A model generated the notes under the pieces. That model did no database searches and was not told where the DNA came from. It saw only the letters and a list, made by a program, of their open reading frames with translations. Position numbers and translations under genes: made by a program. Shown piece after piece: positions 25,560 to 38,475 of a stretch of DNA of 64,000 bases. The stretch comes from Rhizophagus irregularis (taxonomy: Eukaryota). The first letter of the stretch is position 1. Every line of letters begins with the position of its first letter. The stretch is from NCBI RefSeq assembly GCF_026210795.1, contig NC_089432.1, positions 1,178,001 to 1,242,000 of the forward strand. Direction: 5' to 3'.

Positions 25560-26760
25560 ATGGCTAGTCGAAATCAAGGTCGAGGCAGAAGTAGAGGCCA
25601 AAGTTGAAATAAAAATTCCAGTAAAGTTCAGTGTAAAGGTCATAGTCAAAGTAAAAATCCTGATTTAATAGAGGTAGTGGATAAAACAATAAATGATGAG
25701 ACTTTGAATGATAAACATAAAAGGTCAATAGCATCAAGTTCAGATGATAGTAGTAAGGATGAGAAAACCAAAAAGAAAAATCATCATGATTACCATTATT
25801 AGAGCGAAATAATACTGGACCTTTTCATTTGTCACTTTCTACTCCTACTTTACAAAAAAATACATTAATTTTCACTCCAAAATCAACTTCTTTCCCTAAG
25901 TTACTTTTTTCATCAATTCAATGTAAAAATACTACTAAAAAAACTTTAATTCATTATGTTCTAATGATAAGTTTGAAGAGAATGATGGTAACCAAACTGA
26001 TGATTCCAACAAATCTTCTCAAGTTTCTGCAAATGAAAATGATTCAACCTTATTACACACAAATACAAGTATTTTTATTTACAACTCTTTATTTTTTTTA
26101 TATTTGTGTATATGTATTATATTAGAAATTAATTTTTTTAGCATCAGATTCTCGCATATTAACGAAAATCCTTGAAGTTGTGATGCAGAACCAAAAAGAT
26201 CTTAAATTTCTATCAACCAAGGTAACGGAATTAGAAAATGATAACAAAACTTTCCAAAAAGAATTAAGTGAAATTAAAGATGCTATTGGGTCAAGTGATA
26301 AAGCAGTATCATCAAACAAAAAAGGGCACGGTTGGATTGATGTAAGTAATACTAAATGATTATCATAATGCATATATGTTTTCTCATTAATAAACATTTT
26401 ATTCGTTAGGTTTATATTTCATATATTACTGAAGACTATACAAATATCCAACAAAAGAACAAGTTAAAAAGGCTTCCTTGCGTATATTAACAAAATTTCA
26501 AAAATTAAACTAATAATGATATCTAACGAGTGGGATTTATTATTTGAGAACGGTATACTTTCAGCAGTAAGTTATCTATTTATAAGTTAAGTTGGTCTGA
26601 ATGAAAATTCAAGTGGAATCAAAATAGAAAAGAAGTCTATTGTAATCAACTTCAGGTATCTTATTTAATATTTTAATAAATATTGTATTTTGAATTTGCG
26701 CTTAATTCTTAACTTATTTCATTATTGTTATATTATCATAGAATGGTATGCAGAAAGATT
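25560..26760 (+). pseudogene. Decayed multi-exon gene inside the 5.2-kb element (RG-rich start, coiled-coil segment)
   Basis: MASRNQGRGRSRGQS* then broken frames. Exon-like ILTKILEVVMQNQKDLKFLSTKVTELENDNKTFQKELSEIKDAIG is bounded by AG/GT. Confidence 0.4.
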
Positions 26761-26876
26761 AGGTATAATAGAAAATTATTATATAAGAATATATAGAAAA
26801 ATATATAGTGGTGCTAATTAAATTTGTATTTTTAAATAAAATTATTAGCGATTTTATATATTTTTAAATAAAAATA

Positions 26877-27866
26877 GGATTAATTTTATATTCACCAGTG
26901 GTTAATTTAAAATTAATTCACCAGGGGTGAATTTACCTCTGGTGAAATTCACCAGTAATATGATAATTTTAGTTTTATATTAATTTTGTTTGTATTACGT
27001 TTTACAATTTCATACACGTAAATAAAAATTTTTTTATGAATTTTTTTAAACTGTAACTTTTTTTCCAAACATACTATTAAACCCATACAACTCAATTTCA
27101 TAAATTAGAAATGAAATTTATAGAGAAATTTGTGTTTTTATAACACTACTAACTGTTTAACTCCTAAAGTTTTATATTTTTTATTTAATAACTTTAGAGT
27201 GTAATTTCACTACTTGAGTCAAATGAAATCGACTTACTAAATTAATTGAAAATTGTTCAGCAAGGTCGAAACTACTTGTATATTAATTTTCATGGGTGTA
27301 GGTATAATACATATGGAGAAATCTACATTTTTCATAACGGTACTAACTTTCGAATTTTTATTTTTCTGTTTATTGACTTCAGCGCGTAATTTCACCACTT
27401 TAGTCAAATGAAATCGACTTTCTAACTTAATTGAAAATTGTTCAGCAAGGTTGAAACTACTTATATATTAATTTTTATGGGTATAGGTATAATACATATG
27501 GAGAAATCTACGTTTTTCATCATGGTACTAACTTTCAAATTTTTCTTTTTTCCATTTACTAACTTTAGAGTGTAATTTCACCACTTTAGTCAAATGAAAT
27601 TTACTTCCTTTATTAATTGAAAGTTGTTTAGCAGTATAAAATCTACTTAATACTTATAGGATTTATCCATTTTTTATAATAATACTAAATTATAAATTAT
27701 TGTATAATATATTATTATATTTAAACTATATATTTTATATAAATATTTTTATTAATAAAATTATTATTTTTTTCAAAACAAAACAATTTAAATTTTAATA
27801 AATTATGTAATATAGGTGAACTTTACCTTGGGTGAATTTCACCACTGGTGAGCGTTAAAATGATCC
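26877..27866. mobile_element. Non-autonomous Mutator-like element (990 bp), 9-bp TSD
   Basis: TIRs GGATTAATTTTATATTCACCAGTGGT and (reverse complement) GGATCATTTTAACGCTCACCAGTGGT, with ATAAAAATA on both sides. Internal tandem repeat of about 185 bp (about 2.5 copies, 27190-27640). Confidence 0.8.
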
Positions 27867-28537
27867 ATAAAAATATTATAATTGAAAGTGTAATTTTACG
27901 TATTTTAAAATGAAATATTTAGTGATTAAAAGTGTAATTTTGTGTATTTTGAAATAAAATATTTTATAATTAAAAGTGTAAATTTATATTATTTTTAATA
28001 TATAAATATATACAATATTCTTAAGTTTTGCACAATATTTTACATAATTTTATATTGTTCATGGTCCCTATGGACTATAAAGATTTTTATGTATGGCTAT
28101 ATAATATAATAAATATTTATTATATAAAAAAAAATTCCCGATGGAAATGATCTATCAAAAAAAAAATCTTACCTATTAAAAAAAAATTCTATGATGAAAT
28201 TTCTATCAAAAAAAAAAATTCTCAGCGAAATTATTTATCTTCCTATTAATGAAATTCTTTAATAAAATCCTCTATCAAAAACAATCCCCCTATTAAAAAA
28301 AATTCTCTAATAAAATTCTCCATCAAAAAATACTTTCTCCAAAGAATTAATATTAGTATTATATAATTTAATATTTTAATAATTAATATTCAAAATAATA
28401 ATTTTTTATTGTAAAAAAAAGTTCTCAATGAATTTTCTATCAAAAAAAAAAAATCCTGTTAAAAAAAATTGTTCCAACAAATTAGGCATATGTCCACGAA
28501 ATTATCAATCGAAAAAAAAACTCAGAAATGTCCCTAT

Positions 28538-28932
28538 TGTAATGCCGTAACCATAGTAACTTAGTAAATTTATCAATTATGAGGCGCAGTATTATATTTA
28601 AAATTAGTATATAAATTTATAGTAGTTTAAAATTGTATTTTAATTGGTCCGCAATGACGTTAAACTATGAAATAGATAGAACTAGTCGCTAAGATAATGT
28701 AATTGATTACTAAATGACTTTACGTTTAAGGAAATAGATCGTAAATTAGTAATGATAAACATTGTTTGGTTAACTTTTAAAAATAAAAAGAGATTTTAGG
28801 ATAAATATTTAACCGTTATTTAACGTTATTTAACCAAGCACATTATTGTATTTATTTATATTATTAATAAAGTTTTATTTTTCAATATCTAAGGTGGCAA
28901 CGTGATTTATCACGGGCTTATTAGGTATTACG
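28538..28932 (+). mobile_element. TGT..AC(A/G) element with 4-bp TSD (solo LTR or Ginger-type), short copy
   Basis: TGTAATGCCGTA...TATTACG flanked by CTAT/CTAT. Empty site GTCCCTATCAAT is in the left IR arm. Both ends are homologous to 42039-42752. Confidence 0.8.
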
Positions 28933-29372
28933 CTATCAATAAAAAAATTCTCTAACAAAATTTTTATCAAAAAAAGTCTTTTTATTAAAAAAAAATTCCA
29001 AAGAATTTTATCAAAAAAAGCCTTTGCCTATATTAAAAATAAAAATTCTCTACAAAATTGTTTTATAAAAAAAAAGCCAATAAAATAAAAAAAATTCTTC
29101 GTGTAAAAACTATGCTATACTTAAAAAACATGTGATTGACAAAATATCACCCCTGTGCTGACAAAGAAACTAATTTTTGTCAAGATAAAATTAAAATCAA
29201 GTACAGATAAGATAAACCTCAAGCACGGACAGATAAAAATACCAAGCACAAACAGATAAAATTAAAATATCAAGCATCATCTTACTTATTAATAGACCTT
29301 ACCAGGGTACATGGGGTTCTGTCGGTGAAATGAACGGTTCCCAAAATGATCAATTACAGGCTGTCTAGCTTG

Positions 29373-29729
29373 CCCTATGAAAAAAAAAGCCTTTAAAATA
29401 TACTTAAAATGTACTTATATATTTTAAAATATATCTAAAATGTACTTAAAATTTTTAAATGTACTTAAAATATACTTAAAATTGCAATTTTAAGTATATT
29501 TAAAGTATGAAATTTTATACTTAAATTATATTTAAAATATACTTAATTGCAATTTAAATATAATTTAAGTATAATTTAAGTACAAAATTTTACACTTTAA
29601 ATATACTTAAAATTGCAATTTTAAGTATATTTTAAGTATATTTTAAAAATGTTAAGTATATTTTAGATATATTTTAAAAATATATAAGTATATTTTAAGT
29701 ACATTTTAAAGAAATTTTTTTTTATAGGG
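29373..29729. mobile_element. CCCTA-family MITE, TSD TTG
   Basis: CCCTATGAAAA...TTTTATAGGG with TTG on both sides; interior is a degenerate palindrome of AAAATATACTT units. Confidence 0.85.
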
Positions 29730-29993
29730 TTGTTATGCCATATTTTGCTTATATTGAGCGGTATACTAATTTTGAATAATTAACACTTTTGGAATGGCAG
29801 TTTCTTCTAAACTATTAATAGTTTTCACTGGTATTACGATTCGCAAATTTTTTTTCAGTTGGCGCAGCAATAATATAACACACGGATTGACTCCAAAAGT
29901 GGTAATGGAAAGCTCAGCAGGGAACCAATGGGATTGATAGGAAATGAGGTGATTTACTTGCGGCATCAAATTTATCCAAGGCCATATCCACAG

Positions 29994-30288
29994 CCCTATA
30001 AAAAAAGAAAATTCAGAATTTGTCCTGAAAAGTATGGAAAATGTCCGGAAATTTTCTGTGCGTCCGGAAAACATTCGGAAACGGTCATGTTTTGGAACAT
30101 TTTCCGGACGCTCGATTCTGGACAAATTCCGGACAAATTCTGGAGTGTCAAGAAAATGTCTGGAATTTGTGCGTCCGGAAAATGTTCCAAAACGTGACCG
30201 TTTCCGAATGTTTTCCGGACGCACAGAAAATTTCCGGACATTTTCCATACTTTTCAGGACAAATTCCGAATTTTCTTTTTTTATAGGG
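29994..30288. mobile_element. CCCTA-family MITE, TSD CAG, near-perfect 295-bp palindrome
   Basis: CCCTATAAAAAAAGAAAATTC...GAATTTTCTTTTTTTATAGGG with CAG on both sides; rich in TCCGGA. Explains the mirror ORFs on both strands. Confidence 0.9.
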
Positions 30289-30698
30289 CAGTAAACACGT
30301 GACAGAAGACTATGACGGAGGGAACAAGTCTCTATAGTCTCATGCTTGCATGAAAAAAAATTTTCGAGAAACAAAGTTAAAAAGGTTTCTTTGACAGTAG
30401 ACTAACTCTTTAGTTTTGTAGGATGAGTAGGGTCGCAGAGACTTGATGTGGGGAAAAGGTTGCTAGGCCATTCTTGCCTTTGTGCCTTTATCTAGACTTA
30501 GTCAGTGTTTCTTCTAGTCATTAGTTTTTGTGATATTGTTCTTCCAGTGTTATTAGAGATAGAGTTAGTAGTTAGTAGTGTAGAAGGGTCAGCTAATAAG
30601 GGTTTGTTTATTAATTTTTCGTTTTTGTTTGTTTTTTGTTTTAGGATAGATCAATGTTTTTTTTATAGAGTCATATCATGTTGCACATATGATTCTAG

Positions 30699-30848
30699 CC
30701 CAGTAAATAGTTTTTGTATAAATTTATACCAAATGGGCTCATTGGCTCGAAATTAGCTCAAATTTATGCAAAAAATAAGCCAATCTAGAGCCAATTATAT
30801 ATGGATGAGCCCATTTGGTACAAATTTATACAAAAACTATTTACTGTG
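30699..30848. mobile_element. 150-bp palindromic MITE, C(C/A)CAGT termini, TSD TAG
   Basis: CCCAGTAAATAGTTTTTGTATAAATTT... / ...AAATTTATACAAAAACTATTTACTGTG with TAG on both sides. Confidence 0.85.
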
Positions 30849-31583
30849 TAGGTATTTCTATGTATGGATATCTATCCTTAATAAAGAAAAATGCATTACA
30901 AAAAAAAGATGTACCACGAATTAATTTTGAAAATTCACTATAAAATACAATATTCAAAATATGATGTATTTATCTTCATGAAACCTGCAGTCCGTTAGAT
31001 TGTCCTTTTTAAAAACATTTATTAATATTTTTATCGTAGAAATAGATTTTTAATACAAGAGCTATTTAATACTTAACCATAATTTCACACTTTATTCATT
31101 CTCAATTTTTTTACGCCTCATCAAATATTAGTAAGATTAGTGCAAAGGTAATATGGAAGATATGGTCTCAATTCAAAAATATATCTCTTGATACATAATT
31201 AAATAAATATCATTTAAAATAAAAGATAAATAAATTCCCTTTTTGTTTTAAAATTTATCCAATTAAAAATTGCATAATAAACTTTTCAAAATTATTATTG
31301 ATTTACGTATAGATCCTTCAATGTTTGATCATATATTATCTTCTCCATACGGATAATAGCATGAAATACCTTACATTTCTTTCATTTACCATATTTACTA
31401 GACAAGGTTCATTTAACCAATCATACAATATTATTATTTATTTTCCTAGCGTAAAGACAAAAAAAAAAGCTTATGTGTGAAGTGCAAACTATAATCTGTA
31501 TCCACCTTGATTTTCGTTGATTAAAAATATATTAATTAAAAATTTTATTCCAAACTAATTTATTTTTAATATATAATTTGGCA

Positions 31584-31774
31584 GGACCCCGAGCAATATA
31601 TAAATAGGTAACAAGAGATCGGCACAAATTTACTAATAGCTCTACGCATCTCTTCAGGGCCGGCACTATGTAATGCTGGTCAGAATTATCCAAAAAATGA
31701 AATGATCTACATACTTTTGGGCTCATTCTACGCAAACTCTCTATTGTTACCTTTTCATATATTGTTCGGGGTCC
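31584..31774. mobile_element. 191-bp MITE with GGACCCCG termini and 10-bp flanking direct repeat
   Basis: TIR GGACCCCGAGCAATATAT / GGACCCCGAACAATATAT (17/18), with TAATTTGGCA on both sides. A single copy of that sequence is at the homologous empty site near 12770. Confidence 0.92.
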
Positions 31775-32112
31775 TAATTTGGCAATGATTTTTTTTTTGC
31801 TATTTATGTTTTCAGAAAAAAAATTATATGATCTACATTACCGAAATAATTTTACTTCGCATTTTCATTTTAACCATTTCGGGTTAGATTTATTTTTTTA
31901 TGATGATCAGCTGCTGCTTACGAATTTTAATTTTTGTATACAATAGTAGTACCAATATAAACAAGTAATACAAATGTGCGCAATTTATTGAACTTCGTTC
32001 AATTCATAATTTTTTTTCTTTTGCCCATAATAATTCTGAAATTTATTTTTGAGTAACGTAGTTATTTATTTATATAACTAAAATTAAAATTATAATCTAC
32101 AGCTCAATTAAT

Positions 32113-34160
32113 ATGGATGAAACCCCAAAAAATTTATGGGAGGATACTGATTCAAATAAATATCAGGTAATAGTAATTTAATATTTTTAGTTATAATTAT
32201 TTTATTGAATTTTTGTAGTTAAAATATTATTAATTTTTTGTCTATTAAAAGTACCATGTTACAATTCCTACTATTGATTCAGTTATTGAATCATCAGAAA
32301 ATGTAGATGAAAACGTAGTTTATATAGGAGATTTAGAAAAAAGAAAACAAGCGTATGGAATATGTGGAGAATGTAAAGAACCTGGCACAGGATGGAGATG
32401 GTGTCAATCTTGTAATGCTAAAAGATTTAAAGATAACTTTAAAAATTGGACTAGTGGAAATAAAGATATTGATGAATTTATACAGCAATCACAACTTAAT
32501 GCTGTATATCATAGAAAATATCTTGAGTGGATACCTTTTGAAAAATTTCAAAATATCACTTATATTGCAGAAGGTGGTTTTGGTAAGATTTATTCAGCTG
32601 AATGGCCTGAAGGATATATTTATCATTGGGATATTGAAAGTCAAAGTTGGTATAGAAATAGAGAGGATAAATGTGCATTGAAAAGTTTGAATAATTCATC
32701 TGATATATGTTCAGATTTTTTAAATGAGGTAATTTAAACTTACTTTGTCTTATATATAAAGATTGTTATTTGCATTTATTTATTAATAAAATTTTTCCTT
32801 TTTGATGATAATTAGATTAAATCTCATCTTCAGATTTATCTTAGAGATATTGTTCAATGTTTTGGAATTACTCAAGATCCAAATAATAAAGAGTATATGA
32901 TGGTTATAGAATATTGTGATAATGGAAATTTGAGAAATTATTTATATAAATCTAAAAATTATATAGATTATAAATCAAAAATTGATAAATTACAACAAAT
33001 TGCAAGAGGACTTTTTGATATTCATAGTGCTGAAAAAGTTCACAAAGATTTTCATTCAGGCAATATATTACATGGTATTTATAATCCATATATAAGTGAT
33101 TTAGGAATGTGTCGACCAGCAAATATAAAGCAAACAGTTAAAGAAGAAGGAATTTATGGAGTATTACCATATATGGCACCAGAAGTTTTACGTGGACAAC
33201 AATATACAAAAGCAGCAGATATTTACTCATTTGGAATAATAATGAACGAATTTCTTTCTGAAGAAATTCCTTTTAATGATATTCCTCATAATGAATTTTT
33301 AGCTATTAAAATATGTAAAGGACTTAGACCAACAATTTCTAAAGACATACCAAAATTACTTGCAGATTTAATAATAAAATGTTGGGATGCTGAAATAAAG
33401 AATAGACCGACCACTAAAGAATTGTATCAACTATTAAAGAAATGGGATGATGAAATTAAAGAAATTGAATATAGTGAATATAGTGAAGATGATGAAGATT
33501 GCGAATATAGTGAAGATGATGAAGATGGCAAATATAGTGAAGATGATGAAGATGGTGAAGATGGTGAAGATGGTGGAGATGGTGGAGATAGTAAAGATGT
33601 TAAAGATAGTGATGATAAAAATAGTGAAAATTGTGACAATAGTCAAAATAGTGAAATATATTTTCAATTAAAAGAATGTGATAGAATTAAAAAAGAAAAA
33701 TTTAAAAACAAGTCAAATGAAGATAAATCCAAAAGCTTCAAAACGCATCCACAAGCAATTTATACTAGTAGACTTTTAAATTTCAAAAATCTTCCAAAAC
33801 CAGTAAATTCTTCAGATTTATCATCTTTTCAATTCAGTTCAGGTAATAAATTTAATTTTGTTTTATTATATCCATTTTACATTATTAATGTTATTTTTAT
33901 TTTTTAATAGACACTAATTATACTACTCAATCAACATCAGCGAATCCAAGTAAGTATTCCCTTTATTATTATAATTATTCTATTTAAATTTATTAACATT
34001 TAAATACTATAAATACATAATATACAGTTTCAGAATGCTTGGATGTTCAATTAAGTGAATTAGGTAAGTTATTATTATTTGTAATTTTATTAATATTCTA
34101 TATCTAATTTATTATTTTTTTATAGAACTAAATGAAATTTGTCAAGATGATGAACAATAA
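32113..34160 (+). CDS. TKL-like protein kinase, 6 exons (copy 2, with acidic repeat expansion)
   Basis: Same exon structure and catalytic motifs as 13152-15081 (HKDFHSGN, DLG, APE). Last exon from 34126 ends ..QDDEQ*. Confidence 0.88.
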
Positions 34161-34355
34161 TATTGAATGAAGTTTCTTTTTATGTGAAAGTTGAAGTCAG
34201 ATAGTTTATTGAAGTTCTATTTTTCTTTCATTTATTTGTTATACTTTATAAATTTTTTATCTTAGTTTTTATATTTACATAATTTATTGGATTTTATATT
34301 TAAGAATATTCTGTATAAATTATATAAATAAAGATTTAACATTTGATTATATCAT

Positions 34356-35767
34356 CCCTATGAAAAAAAATCATCCAATTTTTGTACAATATTTGTTCAA
34401 GTCCGTGTGGAAATTGTACAATTATTGCAGATTTTTGGATAAAAATAGCTATGAAGTTTTTCAAAGCATATTAAAAGTATGCAATTTTTGTACAACTTAA
34501 ATTTAAGATATAGAAAATGTTCAATTTTTGTGTGATTTTTATACAACTTAAATTTAGGATACAGAAAACATTCAATTTTTGTACAATAAAAATTGTGATT
34601 ATTGTACAACTTGAAAATAGACTTAAATTTAGGATACAGAAAGCAATTTTTGGGTAATCCTACTATACTACTTTCCATCTTACCTGTATGGTTACATTTG
34701 ACCACTTTTAGGGTCGAATAGACCACTTTTAACCATTACAAATAGATTTTCCTAAGTAAAGTGATTTATGCAGTAAGGTTACATAAAATTCAACTGCATA
34801 TTTGCTTATAAATGGGCATCTTCTGGACCCATTGGTGAAATTTTTGTATCATCTTGTAACTAAAAAAAAGTCAAAAACTTTTTATTAGGTTACACAATTA
34901 GTTCTGACCGGAATTATAATTTGGCCAGAATTATGCGGTAAAAATCAACTCTTATGTTGATCACGTGATCTGATCGTCAAAATAAATATGACGACGCGAA
35001 ATGTTTTTGTTTATGTTTTTTTAACCTTTTAACTTTTTTTCAACTTTCTTTTAAAATATCAGGTAAGAAAAACTTGTGTTCTTTATCTTTTTATTTTCCT
35101 AACTTTTTACATTTTAATGTTACTAACTTGCTTTCTTCACTAACTTCATACTTTTTTTTATTACTAATACTAATAATTTACTTTTTAACACTACTAATTT
35201 GCTTTCTTCACTAACTTCATACTTTTTTATTACTAACACTAATAATTTAGTACTTTTTAACACTACTAATTTGCTTTCTTCACTAACTTCATACTTTTTT
35301 ATTTAATACTAATAATTTACTTACACTAATAATTTACTTTCTTCTTTGATAATACTAATTTACTTTCATGTTACTAACATACTTTATTTATTTTATTTTC
35401 TTACAAATTTTTATATTTATGATTATATCAAATTTAGTATTTTATTTATGAAATATTGTGTATATTTTTTATATTTTAAGTCAATAAAAAAAATTCATAA
35501 TTTCACTTTATAAATTGCCTGTTATTACTGTAAAATTTAACCTATAATTCCTAAAATATGGCCTAAAAAAATTTGGCTCAAAAATCACACAATAATTGTA
35601 TAAATTCAGGTCAAAAATAGGATAATTATTGAATGAATTACCATGCAATAATTGTGTGATTTATTGCAATTTTTAGCACAATTATTGTATGGTCAAATAT
35701 ACAGAAATCGTAGTGAATTTAATTGAATGATTTTTCAACAAAAATCACACAGACTTTTTTTATAGGG
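34356..35767. mobile_element. CCCTA-family non-autonomous element (1.4 kb), TSD CAT
   Basis: CCCTATGAAAAAAAATC...GACTTTTTTTATAGGG with CAT on both sides; absent from duplication copy 1. Subterminal ACAATAATTGT-type repeats and an internal TACTAATTTGCTTTCTTCACTAACTTCATAC tandem repeat. Confidence 0.85.
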
Positions 35768-38475
35768 CATTTTATGCATAATAAATAGTTTTGGTTAATT
35801 TGCCCTAAAGAGTTTAAATAAAATTGATGTATTTATTTTAACTTTAATAGTTAAATTTAAAAGGATAAAAAAGCAATTTTATACTAAATGTCTAAATGTG
35901 ATTCTTAATATAATTGACAACTGGAAATTTTGATGCAATATTACATACATTATAGTTTAATGGGTTCAAATATTCAATAATTTCGTAATTAATTATTAGA
36001 TATACTACTATTAAGTCGAATACTTTAATCAAATAACCATAGTACATTATCTAAGGAATTTAAAAAATAATAATCAAACCCTATTTTAAAACATAGCGAT
36101 AGCCTATTATTTAGGAACTTAAAGGTAGTTAGATCAAGTTAACTAAAATTCATTTTTTTTTCGAGATGAAAAGAATTATCACATGATATTCTATCAAATT
36201 ATATCAGCGTTAATAAGCAACTTTTTCTTCACTTTGATTTCAGCAATTAACCTGATTGATTTTTATTTCGTAATATAAGACCTAATATTTCACCAATAAA
36301 TTAAATAATTTACATTTATTTTATCAATGATTATTAAATATCAACTATCTCATTTCACCACAATTTGCTTATATCTAACTTTATTTTATTCATTCTCTCG
36401 AAAAAAATTTTTTTTTTTTGAACAGAGATAGCCTTTTAGAAGATGGATATTCTTTAATCTGTAAATAACAACAAATAATATTATTCATAGTATAATACCA
36501 TAATCATCATTATTAGTGAATAATTCTTTATCGGAGGAAAAGTATTATATACAGTATATACAATATACGTATATATACTTATAAACATTATATATTAAAA
36601 TAATCATTTTGGTTATCTTCAAGATTTTGTTTATACAATCACACTCATATTTAATAGTAAGTGGTCGTTTTTAAACATTTGTAGTCGCATAATAATTGTG
36701 TTATTTGATACATACTTCAAATTATACTATAGCAGAAATTAATTCAATATTTTTTAAGTAAAACAATAGTATTTCAAAGAAAAACTAATTTTTAAATCAA
36801 TCAATTGATCGATCAATGTTAGTAAATTTAGAATATCAACCTAATTCCGGCCGAAATTAATCATAGTGCAGGAAAAATTTCTACTCGTAGTACAAATTTT
36901 CTCGAATCCTATGATTAAGAACATTGATCAATTATTATGTGATAACTAATATTTTTTGTTCAATTAAATTCACTGGTCAATATTTGAGAATTAGCTATCG
37001 AATTAGTGTCAATATCAATATCAATAGGCAAAAGTATCAATAGAATCAAAAAATGAACTTATAATTATTTATTATATGGCGAAATAAAATGATCCCGGAT
37101 TTAAGTTATTAACTAAACGTCCTGTATCCCCGAAAACTTTATCAAAATTAACCAATTTCAGCTGCTGCAAAATAAAAGGTTAAAAAATATTTATTTTAGT
37201 TTGTATTAATGGTTTTCATATTTTATATTATATTTTATATTCTTATTATATCCATATTTTGATGGATGAAATTTAGTTCTTAAAGCTTCAGTTTTCATGA
37301 TTTATTTTTCGTAATTACAATCAGAACTTGATGTAATGTCAATGAATTTCACGATAAGGTCAACCTTACTTATAGAAAGAAAATCTTTTGAAAATATAAA
37401 TGTAGCGGATCTTTATAGATAGAATCAATACAATAATCTTGTACTGATTTCTTGCAACCAGGAAGGAAGATTAAATACAGTAAAATCAATCCTGCTATTT
37501 TGTTTTTCAATTAAATAATCTTGAACGTGACTAAATGATTATTCAAGTAGTAGTTCATCAGCGGCAAACAATAATCCAAGAATATCTTCATCCAATTACT
37601 CAATAAAATCAATTCACCAGCAGAAATATACTTAAATAACTGACATATTTTTTTTATTATTAAAATAATTCAAATAAATAATGCTTATATTAAATTATTT
37701 TAATTATTCACTTTAAATCAATTCAAAAATAATTGGGACAACATTTGGTTTATTAACAAAATTATATTATTTTTCTTTGTAATCCAATCGTCTTAAAGAG
37801 CACCTTTGAAATAAGAACGAGCATGTAAAATAACTGAATGTGTTCGAAATTCCTTTATATTTTAATTTGAATAATAACATTATAGTCGCCGGCATTATTT
37901 AACATATTAAGAAAAAGTCCTTTGAAAGATTGGAATGACTAATAGTTATTAGTAATTCGGCATAAACCGTACATCAACTTTTTTTCTTTTTAATATCTCA
38001 TTTATAGGTTTGATGCATCGGTGATATTAATTTCGAATGTTAAAAGATAATTCCGAACTTCCAATTATAAAAGTAACTTGTTAGGGTATACAATAAGCCG
38101 GTGCTATTAAATTATTTAAACAATATTTATCAATCCATGAAGTAAAGAAACCATATTGATTTGTTTAATTAACGTTAAATCAAGTTTACTGCAGTTTTGA
38201 TTTACTTAAAGATGCAATCTAGCAAAAAAAAAAATAAGCAAAAACAAATTTAATGCCCGAGTAAGTATATATAATTATCTATTCAGAAAATTATTGTTAA
38301 CGCAGGCCCTAAGGCCATCTGTTATGTTGATTATTATTCTCACATATTTTCACATAATAAATACATATATATATAATTTTTTGTAATTATAAATTTGTTA
38401 ATACACAAACTGATTTTATTTATTATAAAAGAAATTTTACAATCAGTGTTAAAAAAAAATATATAAATAGAAGTT

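Larger units (their letters stand above)
22942..28143 (-). mobile_element. 5.2-kb decayed DNA transposon with 2-bp TSD (CACTA/CMC-related, Plavaka-like)
   Basis: Termini CATCAGGAAATTT and (reverse complement) CATCGGGAATTTT, flanked by GA/GA. The empty site CTAACGAAATGATCTA is preserved in the left IR arm (about 16480-16495, reverse strand). Confidence 0.75.
30931..35826 (+). repeat. Segmental duplication copy 2 (carries two extra insertions)
   Basis: Colinear with 12111-15290 apart from insertions at 31584-31774 and 34356-35767 and small indels. Confidence 0.9.

Noticed and set aside
29766..30374. Five overlapping ORFs on both strands
   Set aside because: They are artefacts of the palindromic MITE, giving mirror-image peptides.
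33427..33671. Three low-complexity ORFs
   Set aside because: They are alternative frames of the acidic repeat in the kinase.
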